Shown: positions 28,225 through 40,600 of the stretch, one piece after another
How positions within the stretch are numbered: position 1 is the stretch's first letter
Layout of the letters: each line of letters opens with the position of its first letter
Source of the DNA: Candidatus Woesearchaeota archaeon
GTDB taxonomy: Archaea; Nanobdellota; Nanobdellia; Woesearchaeales; ARS49
Direction: 5' to 3'
Assembly (NCBI GenBank): GCA_037445145.1
Contig: JBBILB010000005.1
Span: 4,820-68,819 of the forward strand
Length of the DNA: 64,000 bases
Notes under the pieces: model-generated
What the model saw: the letters and a program-made list of their open reading frames with translations, nothing else
Database searches by the model: none
Told to the model about the DNA's origin: nothing
Program-made: the position numbers and the translations under genes

Positions 28225-29573
28225 AACTTCAGCCCTTTTCCCTTTGCGCCGAGTTTTTTCATCAGCTTTTCAGGAGTTCCTGCACCCTTGAGCATCTTGA
28301 TTAGTTTCTTTGACTGCCTGTACTGTTTCAGCAAATCCCGTATTTCGCCTGTCGGGATTCCTGAGCCCCTTGATATGCGCTCAATTCGTTTTGCGTCAAG
28401 GATTTCAGGGTCTTCAAGCTCTGCCTTTGTCATTGAGTTCATTGCGTGCTTCCACTTATTGAGCTTTTCTTCCTGTACCTGCAGTGCCTCTTTTGGCAGC
28501 TTGAGCTGGCCCATTCCCGGAATCATTTCCATTATTTTGCCGAGCGGTCCCATTTTTGACATTGCCTCCATCTGCTGGTATAGGTCTATGAGGTTGAATT
28601 CGCCCTTTAGGAGCTTTTGCTGGATGTCCTTTGCCTCCTCTTCTGTGATTGCCTCTTTTGCCTTTTCCAAAAGGGACTCTATGTCGCCCATTCCGAGGAG
28701 CCTTCCGACAAAGCCCTGCGGGTTGAACTGCTCAAGGTCGTCTATTTTCTCGCCTATTCCAATGAATTTGACTGGCGCTCCTGTGACAGCACATGCCGTG
28801 AGTGCGCCTCCTCCTTTTGCAGTGCCATCCATTTTTGTTATGATGACGCCTGTTATGGCTCCTGCCTCATGGAACGCCTTTGCTTGGCTTTGGGCTGCCT
28901 GTCCTATGTCTGCAGAAATGACAAGCAAAGACTCGTCCGGCTTTGCCAGTTCGTGCACTTTCTTTAACTCGTCAATGAGGTCCTGGCTTAGCGCGTCCCT
29001 TCCTGCTGTGTCTATTATTATGATGTCATAATTCCTGCATTCTTTCTCAAATTCATTGTATATTTTTACCGGGTCTTTTTCATTGCGCTTTATGAACGCA
29101 GGAACATGGGCTGTTTTTGCGACCTGCTCCAGTTGGTCCATTGCTGCCGGGCGGTGTACGTCCAGGCCGAGCAAGGCAACTTTTTTGCCGCGTTTTGTGA
29201 AGTATTTTGCTAATTTTCCTGCCTGTGTTGTTTTTCCTGAGCCGAACAGGCCGATAAGCATTATCTTGTTTGGCTTTTTGTCAGGGAGTTTTATTTCGTT
29301 CTTTTCGCCGCCCAGGAACTTCACTAATTCCTCGTAGACAATGTTGATTAATTGCTCTTTCTTTGTCAGCCCGTGGGGCGCCTGCTCTTTCAGGGCGCGC
29401 TCTTTTATTTTCTGGGTGAGCTCAAACACAAGCTTTACGTTCACGTCTGCTTGCAGAAGCGCCCTTTGGATGTCCTTGACAAGCTCGTTAATCAGGGTCT
29501 CGTCAACAAACATTGCCTTGGCTATCTTTGACAGCGTATTCTTCAAGGACTCACTGAGCTTTTCCAGGACCAT
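28221..29573 (-). CDS. srp54: Signal recognition particle protein SRP54
   Basis: N domain, G domain (GLFGSGKTT, DTAGR, TKMDG) and Met-rich M domain. TATA TTTATAAAT about 25 nt upstream. Confidence 0.95.
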   Translation of the reverse strand: MVLEKLSESLKNTLSKIAKAMFVDETLINELVKDIQRALLQADVNVKLVFELTQKIKERALKEQAPHGLTKKEQLINIVYEELVKFLGGEKNEIKLPDKKPNKIMLIGLFGSGKTTQAGKLAKYFTKRGKKVALLGLDVHRPAAMDQLEQVAKTAHVPAFIKRNEKDPVKIYNEFEKECRNYDIIIIDTAGRDALSQDLIDELKKVHELAKPDESLLVISADIGQAAQSQAKAFHEAGAITGVIITKMDGTAKGGGALTACAVTGAPVKFIGIGEKIDDLEQFNPQGFVGRLLGMGDIESLLEKAKEAITEEEAKDIQQKLLKGEFNLIDLYQQMEAMSKMGPLGKIMEMIPGMGQLKLPKEALQVQEEKLNKWKHAMNSMTKAELEDPEILDAKRIERISRGSGIPTGEIRDLLKQYRQSKKLIKMLKGAGTPEKLMKKLGAKGKGLKF

Positions 29574-29685
29574 ATTATCCGTTTTCAGCTATTGACGATT
29601 TATAAATATATCCTAACAGCGGCACCTTACATAAGCGGATACACAGCTATTGTTCAAGTTTTCCTCTGAAAAAGAAACAACGTTC

Positions 29686-30378
29686 TTACATCGCGTGCAT
29701 TGTCCTGACTTCCTGGATTGCGTCGTCTATCTTTGCATCGCTCCAGCCGCGCTGCACCAGGCGCTTTCTTATTTCTGCAAGGCTTGCTCCCTTGTGCATT
29801 GCCTCCCTTATGAAGTCAGTGAGGTGTATCATTGAGTGCTCCTCAAAATGGGATTCTTTTTCTGTTGCCTTGAACTGCGCCTTTAGCCAGAAAATAAGCA
29901 CGATAACGAGTATCAGGAGTATTGCGTTCGCGATGGAGAGCATCACAAGGCTCATTGGCGGTATTATTTCCTGCGGCTTTTCAAGCTCTGGCTTGATTTC
30001 GCTGATTTGCTGCTGCATTACCTGGAGGCTGTCAATGCTTGCCTTTATTGCGCCAAGCTCGCGGTTCATTGCGCTCAGCTGGCTTGCTGTGTCTGTGCGC
30101 TGGCTTTCAGATGCAGTCCGCATGCTGTTGACATCGTTCTGGAACTGCTCAATCTTGCTTGTCAGCTCGCTTAACTGCTGCATTGAGACAACAGTTGCCT
30201 CCTGCTGTGCTGCTATGTGGACATTCTCTGTTGGAAGGCTTGTTGAGCGCACTATTCCTCCTGACTGCCCGTAAACAATGCTTCCTGTTGGCGGTATTGC
30301 CGCAACAAAAGGCATTGCAAGAATGGCTATTACTATTGCTGTCAATAACCTCTTTTCCATAAGCCGGAATGTTGCCAT
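29686..30378 (-). CDS. Hypothetical bitopic/2-TM membrane protein with coiled-coil ectodomain
   Basis: N-terminal hydrophobic segment, Q/S-rich coiled coil, second TM (LVMLSIANAILLILVIVLIFWL), small helical C-terminal domain. Confidence 0.55.
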   Translation of the reverse strand: MATFRLMEKRLLTAIVIAILAMPFVAAIPPTGSIVYGQSGGIVRSTSLPTENVHIAAQQEATVVSMQQLSELTSKIEQFQNDVNSMRTASESQRTDTASQLSAMNRELGAIKASIDSLQVMQQQISEIKPELEKPQEIIPPMSLVMLSIANAILLILVIVLIFWLKAQFKATEKESHFEEHSMIHLTDFIREAMHKGASLAEIRKRLVQRGWSDAKIDDAIQEVRTMHAM

Positions 30379-30470
30379 AGGGGTATATAAATGTTACTGT
30401 CATTAACGACGCCTGCACTTTTGCCTTCTGGTGTTCCTCATTAGTGAGAAAAAACATTTAAAAAAGTACG

Positions 30471-30926
30471 ATGGTATTTTGCAGTATTATGACGTTTTTG
30501 GAGTTCATCATTGCTGCCACTGTCGGGCTTGTTTCAACTGCCATATTCTTTGCAATCAACGGCGTTGTGCTCAGGTATGTCTCCAAATGGCTTGATTTTG
30601 ATGACAATACGTGGCAGACTGCGTTCAAGGTTGCGGGCCTGGCTGCCATTGCGAGCTGGTTGCTTAGCCTGATTCCTGCCGGAATGGCTGCTGCATTTCT
30701 CGTGATGGGCAGGGTTGCTGCTTTCTTTGTGAACGCATTGTTTATGCTTGTTAATGCAGTGATTTTTGTCTGGCTGATAAAGCGGTTTTATTACCAGAAC
30801 TGGGGCAAGTCAATACTTGCATGGGTTATCATCGTTGTCATTAACTTTGTCCTCGGCTACATTATTGGCATGATTGCCGCGACACTTGCGACTGCGTTTG
30901 CCTTCAGCGCTGCAAGGTTTGTGTGA
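30471..30926 (+). CDS. Hypothetical polytopic membrane protein (151 aa)
   Basis: 4-5 hydrophobic segments. TATA-like CATTTAAAAAAG just upstream. Confidence 0.6.
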   Translation: MVFCSIMTFLEFIIAATVGLVSTAIFFAINGVVLRYVSKWLDFDDNTWQTAFKVAGLAAIASWLLSLIPAGMAAAFLVMGRVAAFFVNALFMLVNAVIFVWLIKRFYYQNWGKSILAWVIIVVINFVLGYIIGMIAATLATAFAFSAARFV

Positions 30927-31079
30927 TATTCTTTAAGAAAAGGTTTTTAAATGCTGTAACAGTATTATTGTGTGATAATAAATGGTTGCAGGCATTATGG
31001 AGCAGGCAAGAAAACTTCAGGACATGATAGGGCTTTTCCCCCTGCAAAAGCAGGGACAATAATACGCAGGGTGCTGTTC

Positions 31080-31634
31080 ATGATAAAGTCTGTGGACTAC
31101 CAGATAGAGAAAAATGCAGCACTTGTTGAACTCTATTATGGCAGCCCTCCTGGAATTGACAATGAATTTCTCAATTTTAGCGATTACTGGAGTGACGTGA
31201 TGGCAATCCTGCAAAGCGCGTCCAGGCTTGGGGAGAAGGCAAAGACTGTTTTTGGGTTTGAGCACGCCCTGCATACTTATTATCAGCTTAAGACTGGTGA
31301 GGCAGAGCAAATGCAGTACAAGGGGCTGTATGAGCGGATCGTGAAAGACCTGCAGGCTCTTACTGCCACGATTCTTGGCGAGGGGCGCGCGCTTGAAGAG
31401 TCAGGCGGGCTTGATTATACTATCATCCTGTCTGTTTTTCCAATGGGCCATGTTTTGCAGAGCCCGCGCGAACAGCATAATTTCCAGCTCCTTGAGGACA
31501 AATTGTTCCTTGACCCTAACCAGCTCAGGAATCTTAAGAAATTCATGTGGTCAAGCGATGCAGCCAATTTAAAGCCGTACGCTGTGGAGCTGACAGGGAT
31601 TAAGTATCATTTGCCCCATGTAAGCTTTACTTGA
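31080..31634 (+). CDS. Hypothetical protein (184 aa)
   Basis: ORF from MIKSVDYQIEK. 8-nt convergent overlap with the 3' end of the giant ORF. No family recognised. Confidence 0.5.
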   Translation: MIKSVDYQIEKNAALVELYYGSPPGIDNEFLNFSDYWSDVMAILQSASRLGEKAKTVFGFEHALHTYYQLKTGEAEQMQYKGLYERIVKDLQALTATILGEGRALEESGGLDYTIILSVFPMGHVLQSPREQHNFQLLEDKLFLDPNQLRNLKKFMWSSDAANLKPYAVELTGIKYHLPHVSFT

Positions 31635-34600
31635 GCTTTCTCAGCCTTTCCTTTCTTTCCCTCAGTTCTCTCAGCGCACTCTCAAGGTCTGCCTTAATCT
31701 CGGCAGGAGTCATTTCAGGCCTTCGCCTTCCTGCATACGCGCGCATTCCAAGAGCAATCATTACAAGCAGTATGAGCGCAATAGCGGCAATTCCCGCCCC
31801 TTTCATCGCGCTAATCCCCCATCCAAGCGTGCGGCCTGTGGGGGCAGCGTATTCCGCCTCTTTTTCAGGCAACTTGCCAAATGAAATTATTGACAACTCT
31901 TCCTCGCTTACAACCGGCATTGCGACCAGCTCTGCAACAGGTTGTTCTGCTGTTGATGCCAGTTCCCTGTAGCGTTCCTGCAATAATTTGGTTTCTTCTG
32001 GTTCTGTTGATACCCAATTGAGTGAAGGCATGTTTCTGATTTCAGGAGCGATGTTCAGTAATGCAACCTGTTGCTTGTTGAATTTTGAGACAAGGGCTTG
32101 TTCTTCAGGGGTGAATTCAGTCTCTATGGCTGCCTTGTTTTCAGGGTTTGCAAACCACAAAATTACTTTTTGATTGCTTATTGTTGGCACGGGTTTGCCG
32201 GTGTTTTTGTCCAGCATTTCAGCATCAGGCTCAATTATGCCCATAAGTTTTTGCTTGATTGCCTCAAAGGACATGTAATCCAGAGTGTTTGTCTTGCCAT
32301 ACCCAAATAGTATTCCTGTTGCTTCTGCACCACCCGACACCAGTTTCCTCCCTGAAATTTCTTGTATGACCTGTTCAAGTCCTTCATCTGTTTCCAGCTG
32401 TTTTACTTGCTCATCAGTCAGAACACTGCGGCCATTTGCCAGTTTTTCTGTGGAAAATTCCTTTAATGCCTGCCTTGCACGTGAAATGCTGTAGACGAGG
32501 GCTCCCTGACGCTGCTCACTTCCGCCCCTGACTAATGGCATGTTAAAGGGTTCCTTGAAAATAACCCGCAGGTCAGAGCCTGTGCGCCTGTTGAATTCCT
32601 CAATAAATGATTCCAGCTGGCTTGGTTTTACAGGCAACCCGTTGAGCGTTGTTGAGCCCTCCGGACCGTTGAATGCGATTAAACATGCAGGCCTTGCCCC
32701 AACAAGCACAGTGTATACTACTGTTGAGCGCGCAATCTGCCTCATAGGATCATCAATAGTGCTTTCTTTCAGGATTTCTTCAAGTTCTGCGGCCTTCCTG
32801 CCGGCCTCTGCCTTCAATGATTTAAACTGCTCAGCGGTCATGGTGTCAAGCAGTGCCTTTTCCGGCGCTCCAGGTATTTCCACGATAGGCACTTCTGCGG
32901 GCTTTGCCTTTGCTTTTTCAACCGCCCTTTGCAAGTCTTCAAGCTTCATCCCGCCCATTAATAGCGGGGCAAGGCTTTGGGGCTTGAGCCCTTTTGCCTC
33001 AAACTCACCGAGTAGCTCATTGCGCCTGACTGGGTCTGCTGTTGCAAATTCTTCTGCCAGCCTTGTCGCGTCCTCTGATGTGTATTTCTCAAGAAGGAAT
33101 AATTCCATGTTCAGCCTGAGGTTTGGAGCATCAGGTGTTTTCAGGATGTATTGTATTTCTGACGGTTCCTGTTCAATCCTTGCTTCTTGTTCTCCTCTCA
33201 TTGCTTTTGCGCGCAGGACGTCCTTCATCGTGGCTGCTCCGTACCACGGGTTTTCTGTCATGCTTGCTTCTTTTGCCCTGAGTGGATCAACACCTGCTTC
33301 GCGCGCAATCTTTTCAAGACTTAAGCGCAGTCTTGCTGCCTCTTCTGGCATTCCGCGCGCTTCTGCATCTGCTGCCTTTCGCGCAATCTCCTCGTACATG
33401 ACTTGCCATGGCTTGTTGCGTATGAGCAGTCCTGGATCAATCAGCATTACTTTCCCTGTTGCGGGGTCTATTATGAGGTTGTTGGCAATGTCCTGGATGC
33501 CATAGCTTCCCTTGTTTGGTCCTGACTCAATTCCGCGGTAGAGTGCATCAACGATTTCGTCAATCTTCTTTGATGCTGTCTTTCGCACAGCCTCGCGCGC
33601 TTCTGCAGGGGTAAGGTCAAACACGTTCTTGCCTTTTGCAACGTCTATCATGTATGCATAATTTGTTCCTTCAGCACGCACAAGCCCCCACGTTTCTGAC
33701 ACAGGCAGCCCGAGTTCGCGCGCGATTGAGTATTTTGACGGCTGTCCTTTTGCTTCAACAACGTCATTGAGGAAAAAGTCAACAACAACATCCTTGGGAG
33801 CAAACATTTTCACATGCTCAAATGCCTTTTCGCTCATGAACTTGACTGCCTTTTCCTTAATTCCAACACCGGGAATCTCAACGTCTGCAAGGAATACCGT
33901 GCCAAATCCTCCTTCGCCAAGGAGTTGTTTCAGCCGCACTACTCTCGGAGCTGTTGCAAGCTTTTCCTCAAGGCCCGGAATGAGCTTGTTCGGCGCAAAC
34001 TCTCCCTCAGGCCTTGCTCCTGTTGTTATTCTTGTAAGGACATCATCCAGTTCTCTTGCACGGTCCCTGAGCTCGCCAAACTTTGTCCATTCCTCAATGC
34101 TGAGCTCTGTGTGCACACGTGCAGCATCTGCTTCTTCAAAGAGTTTCTCAGCACGTTCTCTTGCTTCCCTTGCGTTTTTCCTTGCTGTTTCAATGTCAAG
34201 CCTGCCAAGGGCGTCATTTGCTTTGCCTGCGAGTTCTTCCACAGCAGTCCATTCTTTTGCCTGTGTTTGTGTCAGTGTCGGCCGCAAAACCTTCACTTCC
34301 TCAATGGGTGGCTTTGCTTCTGTTATTGCTTTCCTTGCTGTTTCAATTGTGCTGGCCAGGAAGTCCAGTCCCTTGAGCTCGAGCGCCGTGCGCGCGGTTG
34401 TCTCAGCAGGCTTGCTTTCAATCATTGTTTCTGTTCTTGCAGACATTACTCTCTGTTGTTCAAGCAGGCTTCTCATCTCGGTGAAGCGTGCTGATTCTTC
34501 AGCAAGTACAGACTGGACTTTGCGCACGTTCTGGAGCTTTGCCTCGTCAAGCACGGCGCGTTCTCCTGTAAGCACTTCGTTCTCAAGCGCCTTGCGGTAT

Positions 34601-37600
34601 GCGTCAAGCTCTGAGCGTGCTGCTTCAAGTGTTGCGGCGTCAAGCCTGCTGAGTTTTGCTGCTGCTGGCTCCTTTGCAGCAGTTCCTGCGCGTTCTGCTT
34701 CCTTGAGCACCTCACTCACAAATGCGTCTTGTGCAGACTCTATCCTCCATCGTCCGACTTCTTTGGGTATGATTCCTTTCTCAATCTCCTGACGCGCAAT
34801 CTCAGACACTGCTCTCAGTCTTTCAGCAGCAAGCTCAATTGGTGTTTTTTCAACAGGTCTTGGCGGTGCTGCTTCTGCAGGCTTTGCTTCTGCCGGCTTT
34901 GGAACTGTCCTTTCAACAATGTTGCCAAGCTCTTCAACGCGTATTGGTTGTCCTTCTGGTGTTCTTCCGCGGACATCTCCAAGGTCCTGTACAAGGAGGC
35001 TGATTTCGTTGTCAGTTATTTCCTGCCTGATAATGTCCCTCTTGCCTTCAAGCACTTCTATCAGCATGCTGACATCTGCATCTGTTACTTTTTCAAGTTC
35101 AGGCCTTGTTTCGCGAAGCTTCTTGCGCACGGCATCAAGCCTTGAGCGGGTGCTTTCTTTTTGTACTTCTTTGATTTCTGTCGCCACCCTGCGTGCAAGA
35201 TCAGGGCTGGTCCTCTCAAGTTCTTCAATTACTTTTGGTGTTGTAGGCGGCTTGCGGGCTGCATCAACTAGCGACTGCACTCTTGCAGTTTCCTCTGCCA
35301 CAAGGGATGTTGATGTTCTTCCTGCCTGTGCCTGCGAGCGCACAGTGTCGTATGCCTGCGCTGCCTGTGTTTCTCTTGCGCGCAGGTACGCCTTTGCTAT
35401 TGCCTCATGGGCTGCAGTGTGGGCTTCAATTGCGCGCTCTGGAATGACTGCGCCTGGTGTTCCTCCGCGGACAGCCGGCATTCCAAGCTCGCCTGTGAGC
35501 CTGCCTTTGCTGACTGTTATTTCAGGGCTTATGCGTGGCAACAAGTCCGGCGAAACCTTCCTTGCAGTTCCCACAAGTTCGCCGATTGTGAAGTCTGTCG
35601 TGATGCGGAAGCCCTCTGTTGTTCCTGAAATGTCCTTTCTGATGATTTCGTTTGACAATTCTGCAGCGCGCATCTGCTCAATGATGCTGTTTCTTGCGTC
35701 TGATATTCTTCCGTACTGGTCTGCAAGTTCGCGGTATGCCAGTGCGCGGTACGTTTCCTCTGACGCAAACCTTGACCTGATTTCAGAAGGCAATGACTTC
35801 CATTCCCTTCCGCTGAGCAGGTTGTCAAGCCTGTTCATTATTGCGTTCTGTTCTGCTTTCATCAGGCGGTCGCCAAGCTGGACCCTTTCTGCCTGTATGT
35901 TCCTGATTGCTTCAGCGTACTTATCATTGGCAAGCCAGCGGTTGTCACGCAGTGCATCAAGGAGTTGCCTTTCTCTGACTGCAAGGTCTTCCATCCTCTT
36001 TTCGTATCCTGCGCGCGCAACCTCAAGAGACTTGCCATTCCACTTCAATGTATTTTCCTCAATGAATGTTTCGCGCACGTTTCGCGCAAGGGCGCCGCCT
36101 GTCTTGATGCTTCCCAGCAGGACGACCTGGTCAAGGATTATGTCGCCCCAGTCAATTTGCTGTCCTGCTGATGCCCTGCTTATTGCGTCCATTGTGCTGA
36201 ATGCGCCGACCTCAAGCCCGAACTCATTGACTTTAATTGCGCCTTCAATGAACTTGCCTCTTTGCACATTAGCCAGCACCTTGCTTTCAACAAGTGATGC
36301 TGCCTCATTTGCCCAGGATGAAGTCAGTGTCCTGTATAATGAGTTCATCCCCAAAATTCCCCCCATTATTGCTACAGAATGGGCAAATGCAGTCGGGCTC
36401 CATGCTTCTGCGCTGAAGTCACCTGACATTATGTTGTTTGATGCGTGGAATGCAAGCCCGTTGGAGATTATGCTTGTTGCTGTTGTTGCCCATCGTGATG
36501 CTCCGTATGCCTCTGCAAGTGACTGCATTGCTCCGCCAACAAACCCGCCGACTGCACCTGAGCCAACCATTATGACTGCAGAGCCTGCTGTGTCTCCAAA
36601 GCGCTTTTCAAAGTCCTTCCTCACAAACCAGTCTTTTACCTCGCCGTACTGTTTCTGGGCGGATGATATCTTGCTGAATGTCTCCTTCAGTTGTTGTTTT
36701 GTTGTTTCCGAGAGTCCTTCCATCCTTTCTGCCTGTGCAGCCATTGACATGACATTTGCAAGGATTCCTGACACCATTTCTGCATTTGCCCGGTATTTGG
36801 TTGTCCTGCTGTCCTCAACAATCTTGCTTATTCCGAAAGAAACAATATTTTCAAGTGTGTTTGCCTCGTGGATGTCATACTTTTTGAGCGTGTCAAGGAC
36901 ATCGCTGTTAGCGTCTCCGCTCATGCTGGCAACAATCCCTGCTGCGCTTGCAATTGCCTGAGCCCTTGCGTCTGCAGGGTTCATCTTCGGGTTCTTGCGC
37001 AAAAGCTCCTGGGAATGCATTTCAACATACTTGCTGATTTTATCCATTATTTGCTCGCCATATGTCTGCGTGCCTGCTTTGGCAAGCTCAAGGTCTCCTC
37101 CATATTGTTCCTGCAGTCTTTCGTCAAGCCATTCAAAATCTTTCCAGGCACTTCCTTTGCGTGAACTGATTGTGCCGTAATCGTCAATAAGATGCACTAT
37201 GTCCTTAATTGCCTGTTCTTTTTCTATGCGCAGGTCATCATCACTTGTCATTATCATTGACAGGGCGTGCATGCTGTCGCGCTGTCCTTTGAGCGCATAA
37301 AGTTCTGCGCGCGCCTGGTCAATGTCAAACTGGCCGAACTGGTCGCCAAATCCTTGCTCACGCGCTTTTGTCTGCGCAAGTATTGCCTTGTCAAGCTTGA
37401 GCTGGGCTGCGGCGATCTGTTTGTCAAGGTCCTGCAGGCTGTTTTGATAGAACTGCCTCATGTTGTTATAGTCCGTTGTTCGCACATCAGTGCCTGCAGA
37501 AAGAGTCTGGAATTCGCCAGAAAGCGCCTGGTATTCTGGCAGGGTTTCAACGTCGATGCCAGATGCCTGAGCCTGTTTCTTTAGCTCATTCATTCTAATT

Positions 37601-40600
37601 GTGACAGTAGTCAGCCTCTCGTTTTCAGCAAGAATTTCAGAGAGGCGCTGTCTGTCATTGAGGATGCGGAAGTCAGAGAGTGCTTTGTTTGATGCAGAAG
37701 CGATGTCTGCAGAGTGTCCTGTTGCAATTTCCTGCAGTATTGGCACTGCATCTGCTGCCATTTTGCGCAGTATTGCAATCTGTTCATCAATGTCGCTTAC
37801 CTCAACTCCTTGTGCCGTACGTGCCTGGCGTATTTGTATGAGGTGCTCGATATCCCTTACGAGGCTGCTTATCTTATCTGTCTGGTAGCTTAGTGAACTG
37901 GCAGCAGCTTCACGCTCGCTTATCGTGCCTGTTTCAAGGTCTCTGAGTGATTTTTGCACATCCTTTGGATTGATTCTTCCGATTGCGTCCTGGTTCTTTG
38001 TGACCATTTCCTTGATTTCCTTGTCGGTTGTTAGTGCAAGGTCATTCATTCTTATTGCATTGGCAAGCGCGGACTCTACAGTTGCCTGGCTGCGGGCTGT
38101 GCTCCCGATTAATCCTGCGCCTGTTGTGAGCGGCATTGCATCGCTCATTACTGATATTGCATCACTAATCTGCTGGTCAAGCTTGGTTATCTGGTCGCTG
38201 ATGTATTGCTGTGTTTCAGGCGTTGTTGCCGCAAGAAGCGCCTTGCTAAGCTCTTCGCGCTGCTGCACCAGCGACTTGTATTCATCGTGCTTCTGCTGTA
38301 TTCCTGTGAACATCAGTTGTTCTGGTGTCAGCTCTGCAATATATTTGTCAAAGAGGTTGCCAAGTATTTCCCGATGCGTTTGTGCAATGCTGTTCTTGAG
38401 TTCCTTAACGCGAGCATTGTTTGCAGCAAGCCTTGTGTTGAACTGGTCGCGTGTTATCCTGCCTTCACGCAATAATTCCTGATCAGCCTTGATTTCCTTT
38501 TCAAAGTAGCTAATTCTGCTCATCAGCGCATCTTTCTTCGCTTCAAGTTCTTCAGAGCCTTTGTCAATGGTGTATTGTTTTGCAAAGAATGCTATGTTTT
38601 CCTTCAATTCCTGTATTCTCTTCTCATCCCTTGTGGCAACCCTTGCGTCTTCGATTGCCATTGCCTGCTCGTTGAGGTATGCCTTCAGCGCATTGACATC
38701 GCTGGCCGCCATTCCGTAATATTCGGGGGTGGAATAAATTTCGTTGAGCATTTGCTGCCTGAGTTCCGGGTCTTCTGTTTGTTCGAGTTCCATCAGGCGC
38801 GCGTATGCTGTTGGAGACCTTGCCTTGAGTGTTTCCTTTGCCCGCGCAATTCCGCTGGCTGATTTCTGCATTGCGAGTATGTTATCCATGCTTGCAATAA
38901 GGTTCTTCTTGTCTTCCTTCCACGCTGCAAGGTCAATTCCGAGGTTGTATGCCTCTGCAGCGAACTCCTCCGCAATAATGTCCGCAATGGAGCCTGCGTT
39001 TGCCCAGTCGCCAATTGCCTGCTCCTCATTGAACCTGGTTTCCAGCCTGATGAGCATGTCCTGCTTTGCCACTTCACGCTCTTCTGCAGTGAGGGCTTCT
39101 CCTGACTGCGCGCGCATCCTGATGTCGTCAATGACTGCCTTGTTGTAGTCCATTATTGCCTGGCTGATTGAGTCTGCTGTTGTTGTCCTTGGCTCAAGTC
39201 GTATCAGGTCTCCGAGGAGTTTTCTTGCTTCAAGGCGTTCCTGCATTGTGAGCTGGTCAGCAGGTATGTCTGAACGGCCTGCAAGTCCGTTGACGAGCGC
39301 GAGCTGCTCCTTCTGGCTGAGCTTGCTGAACTGTTCTGCACTGGTTCCTGCCTTGATGAGTATGTCATCAAGGCGCTGGCTTATGTCCATGTATTCAATG
39401 ACAGAAGATACTCCCCGCTCTAACTCGTCATAAGTGACGAGCTGGTCAGAAAGTGATACCAGCCTTCTGTCAGTTGTTCCTGCCTGCACGAACTGGCTGA
39501 TAAGCGTTGTTGCCTCCTCGAGCAGCGCCGTGTCTGTCATTTCCTGCATGAGTCTGAACCGCTCGGATATTCCTGCAAGGCTCATGTCACCAGCGCCTAT
39601 TGTTTCTATTACGCGCGTGCTCATTGCCTCAAGCCGCTCAGGCGGGATGCCTTTAAGGAAGTCTTCTTCAAGGAGTTTCAGGTTGGTTATCAAATGGTCC
39701 TTGTCTATTTCTCCATTTTGGTACATTCCAAGCAGTATTCCTGCCTGCGCATAAGCGTCCTGCACGTGCTGGGGCACGATTATCTCAACAGGCACTGCGT
39801 TTGGCGGCGGGTTTGTCGGATCTGCAGGTATTGGGTTGCCTGCTTTGTCGCGGAGTATGTTTCCGTTTGCATCAGTCAGGGCAAGCATTGCCTTTCCAAG
39901 CACTATGTTTCCTTTTGCGTCCTTGATAACACCTTGTGCGTCTGTCTTGAAGCTGTACACGCCTGTTGGCAGGTTCAGGAGGTTCCTTGTGTCTTCTGCA
40001 GTGAAGCCGGTGGTGTCCATGTCAAGATAGAACTCATCTGATGTGTATACCATGCCGTTGCGTATGCCTGCAGGGTCTATGCCAAGCTCATCAAGCACCT
40101 GCTTTAGCGCGTCTTCGTATTCCTTTCCTGAGAGTCCTTCTGTTCTTGCAGTGATTTCTGACATTGCAGCTGCATCAACACCAATGCTGTTCATTATGAC
40201 CTTGCCTATAGGCTTGTCGTTCTCATCAAGGCGCAGAATCTCAATCACAGGTTTACCTGCCTTGTCGTACCCGAGGAATTGCAGGTCGTAATTGCCGTCA
40301 AGCTGGGCAGTCTTGAGGAAGTCATTCTTGATTTTTTGTATCGTCATGCGTTCTGCTTCTGTGTATGCTGCCTGCCGCACTGACTGCAGGCCTGCAGTTC
40401 CCCTTGCGACTGTTTGCGAGATTTCCCTGAATTTATCCTGCATGTACTTTGTGAGTGTCCTGAATGCGTCAGGGAATTCCTTGCGCACTTTTGCCAGGTC
40501 TTCCTGCCAGTCATCAAACCGCATTTGTGTCCGTACAAATTCCTCTGTGGCGCGGGTATTGTATTCCTTGTCTGTTTCTCCAGGCTTTCTTTCAGGTGGC

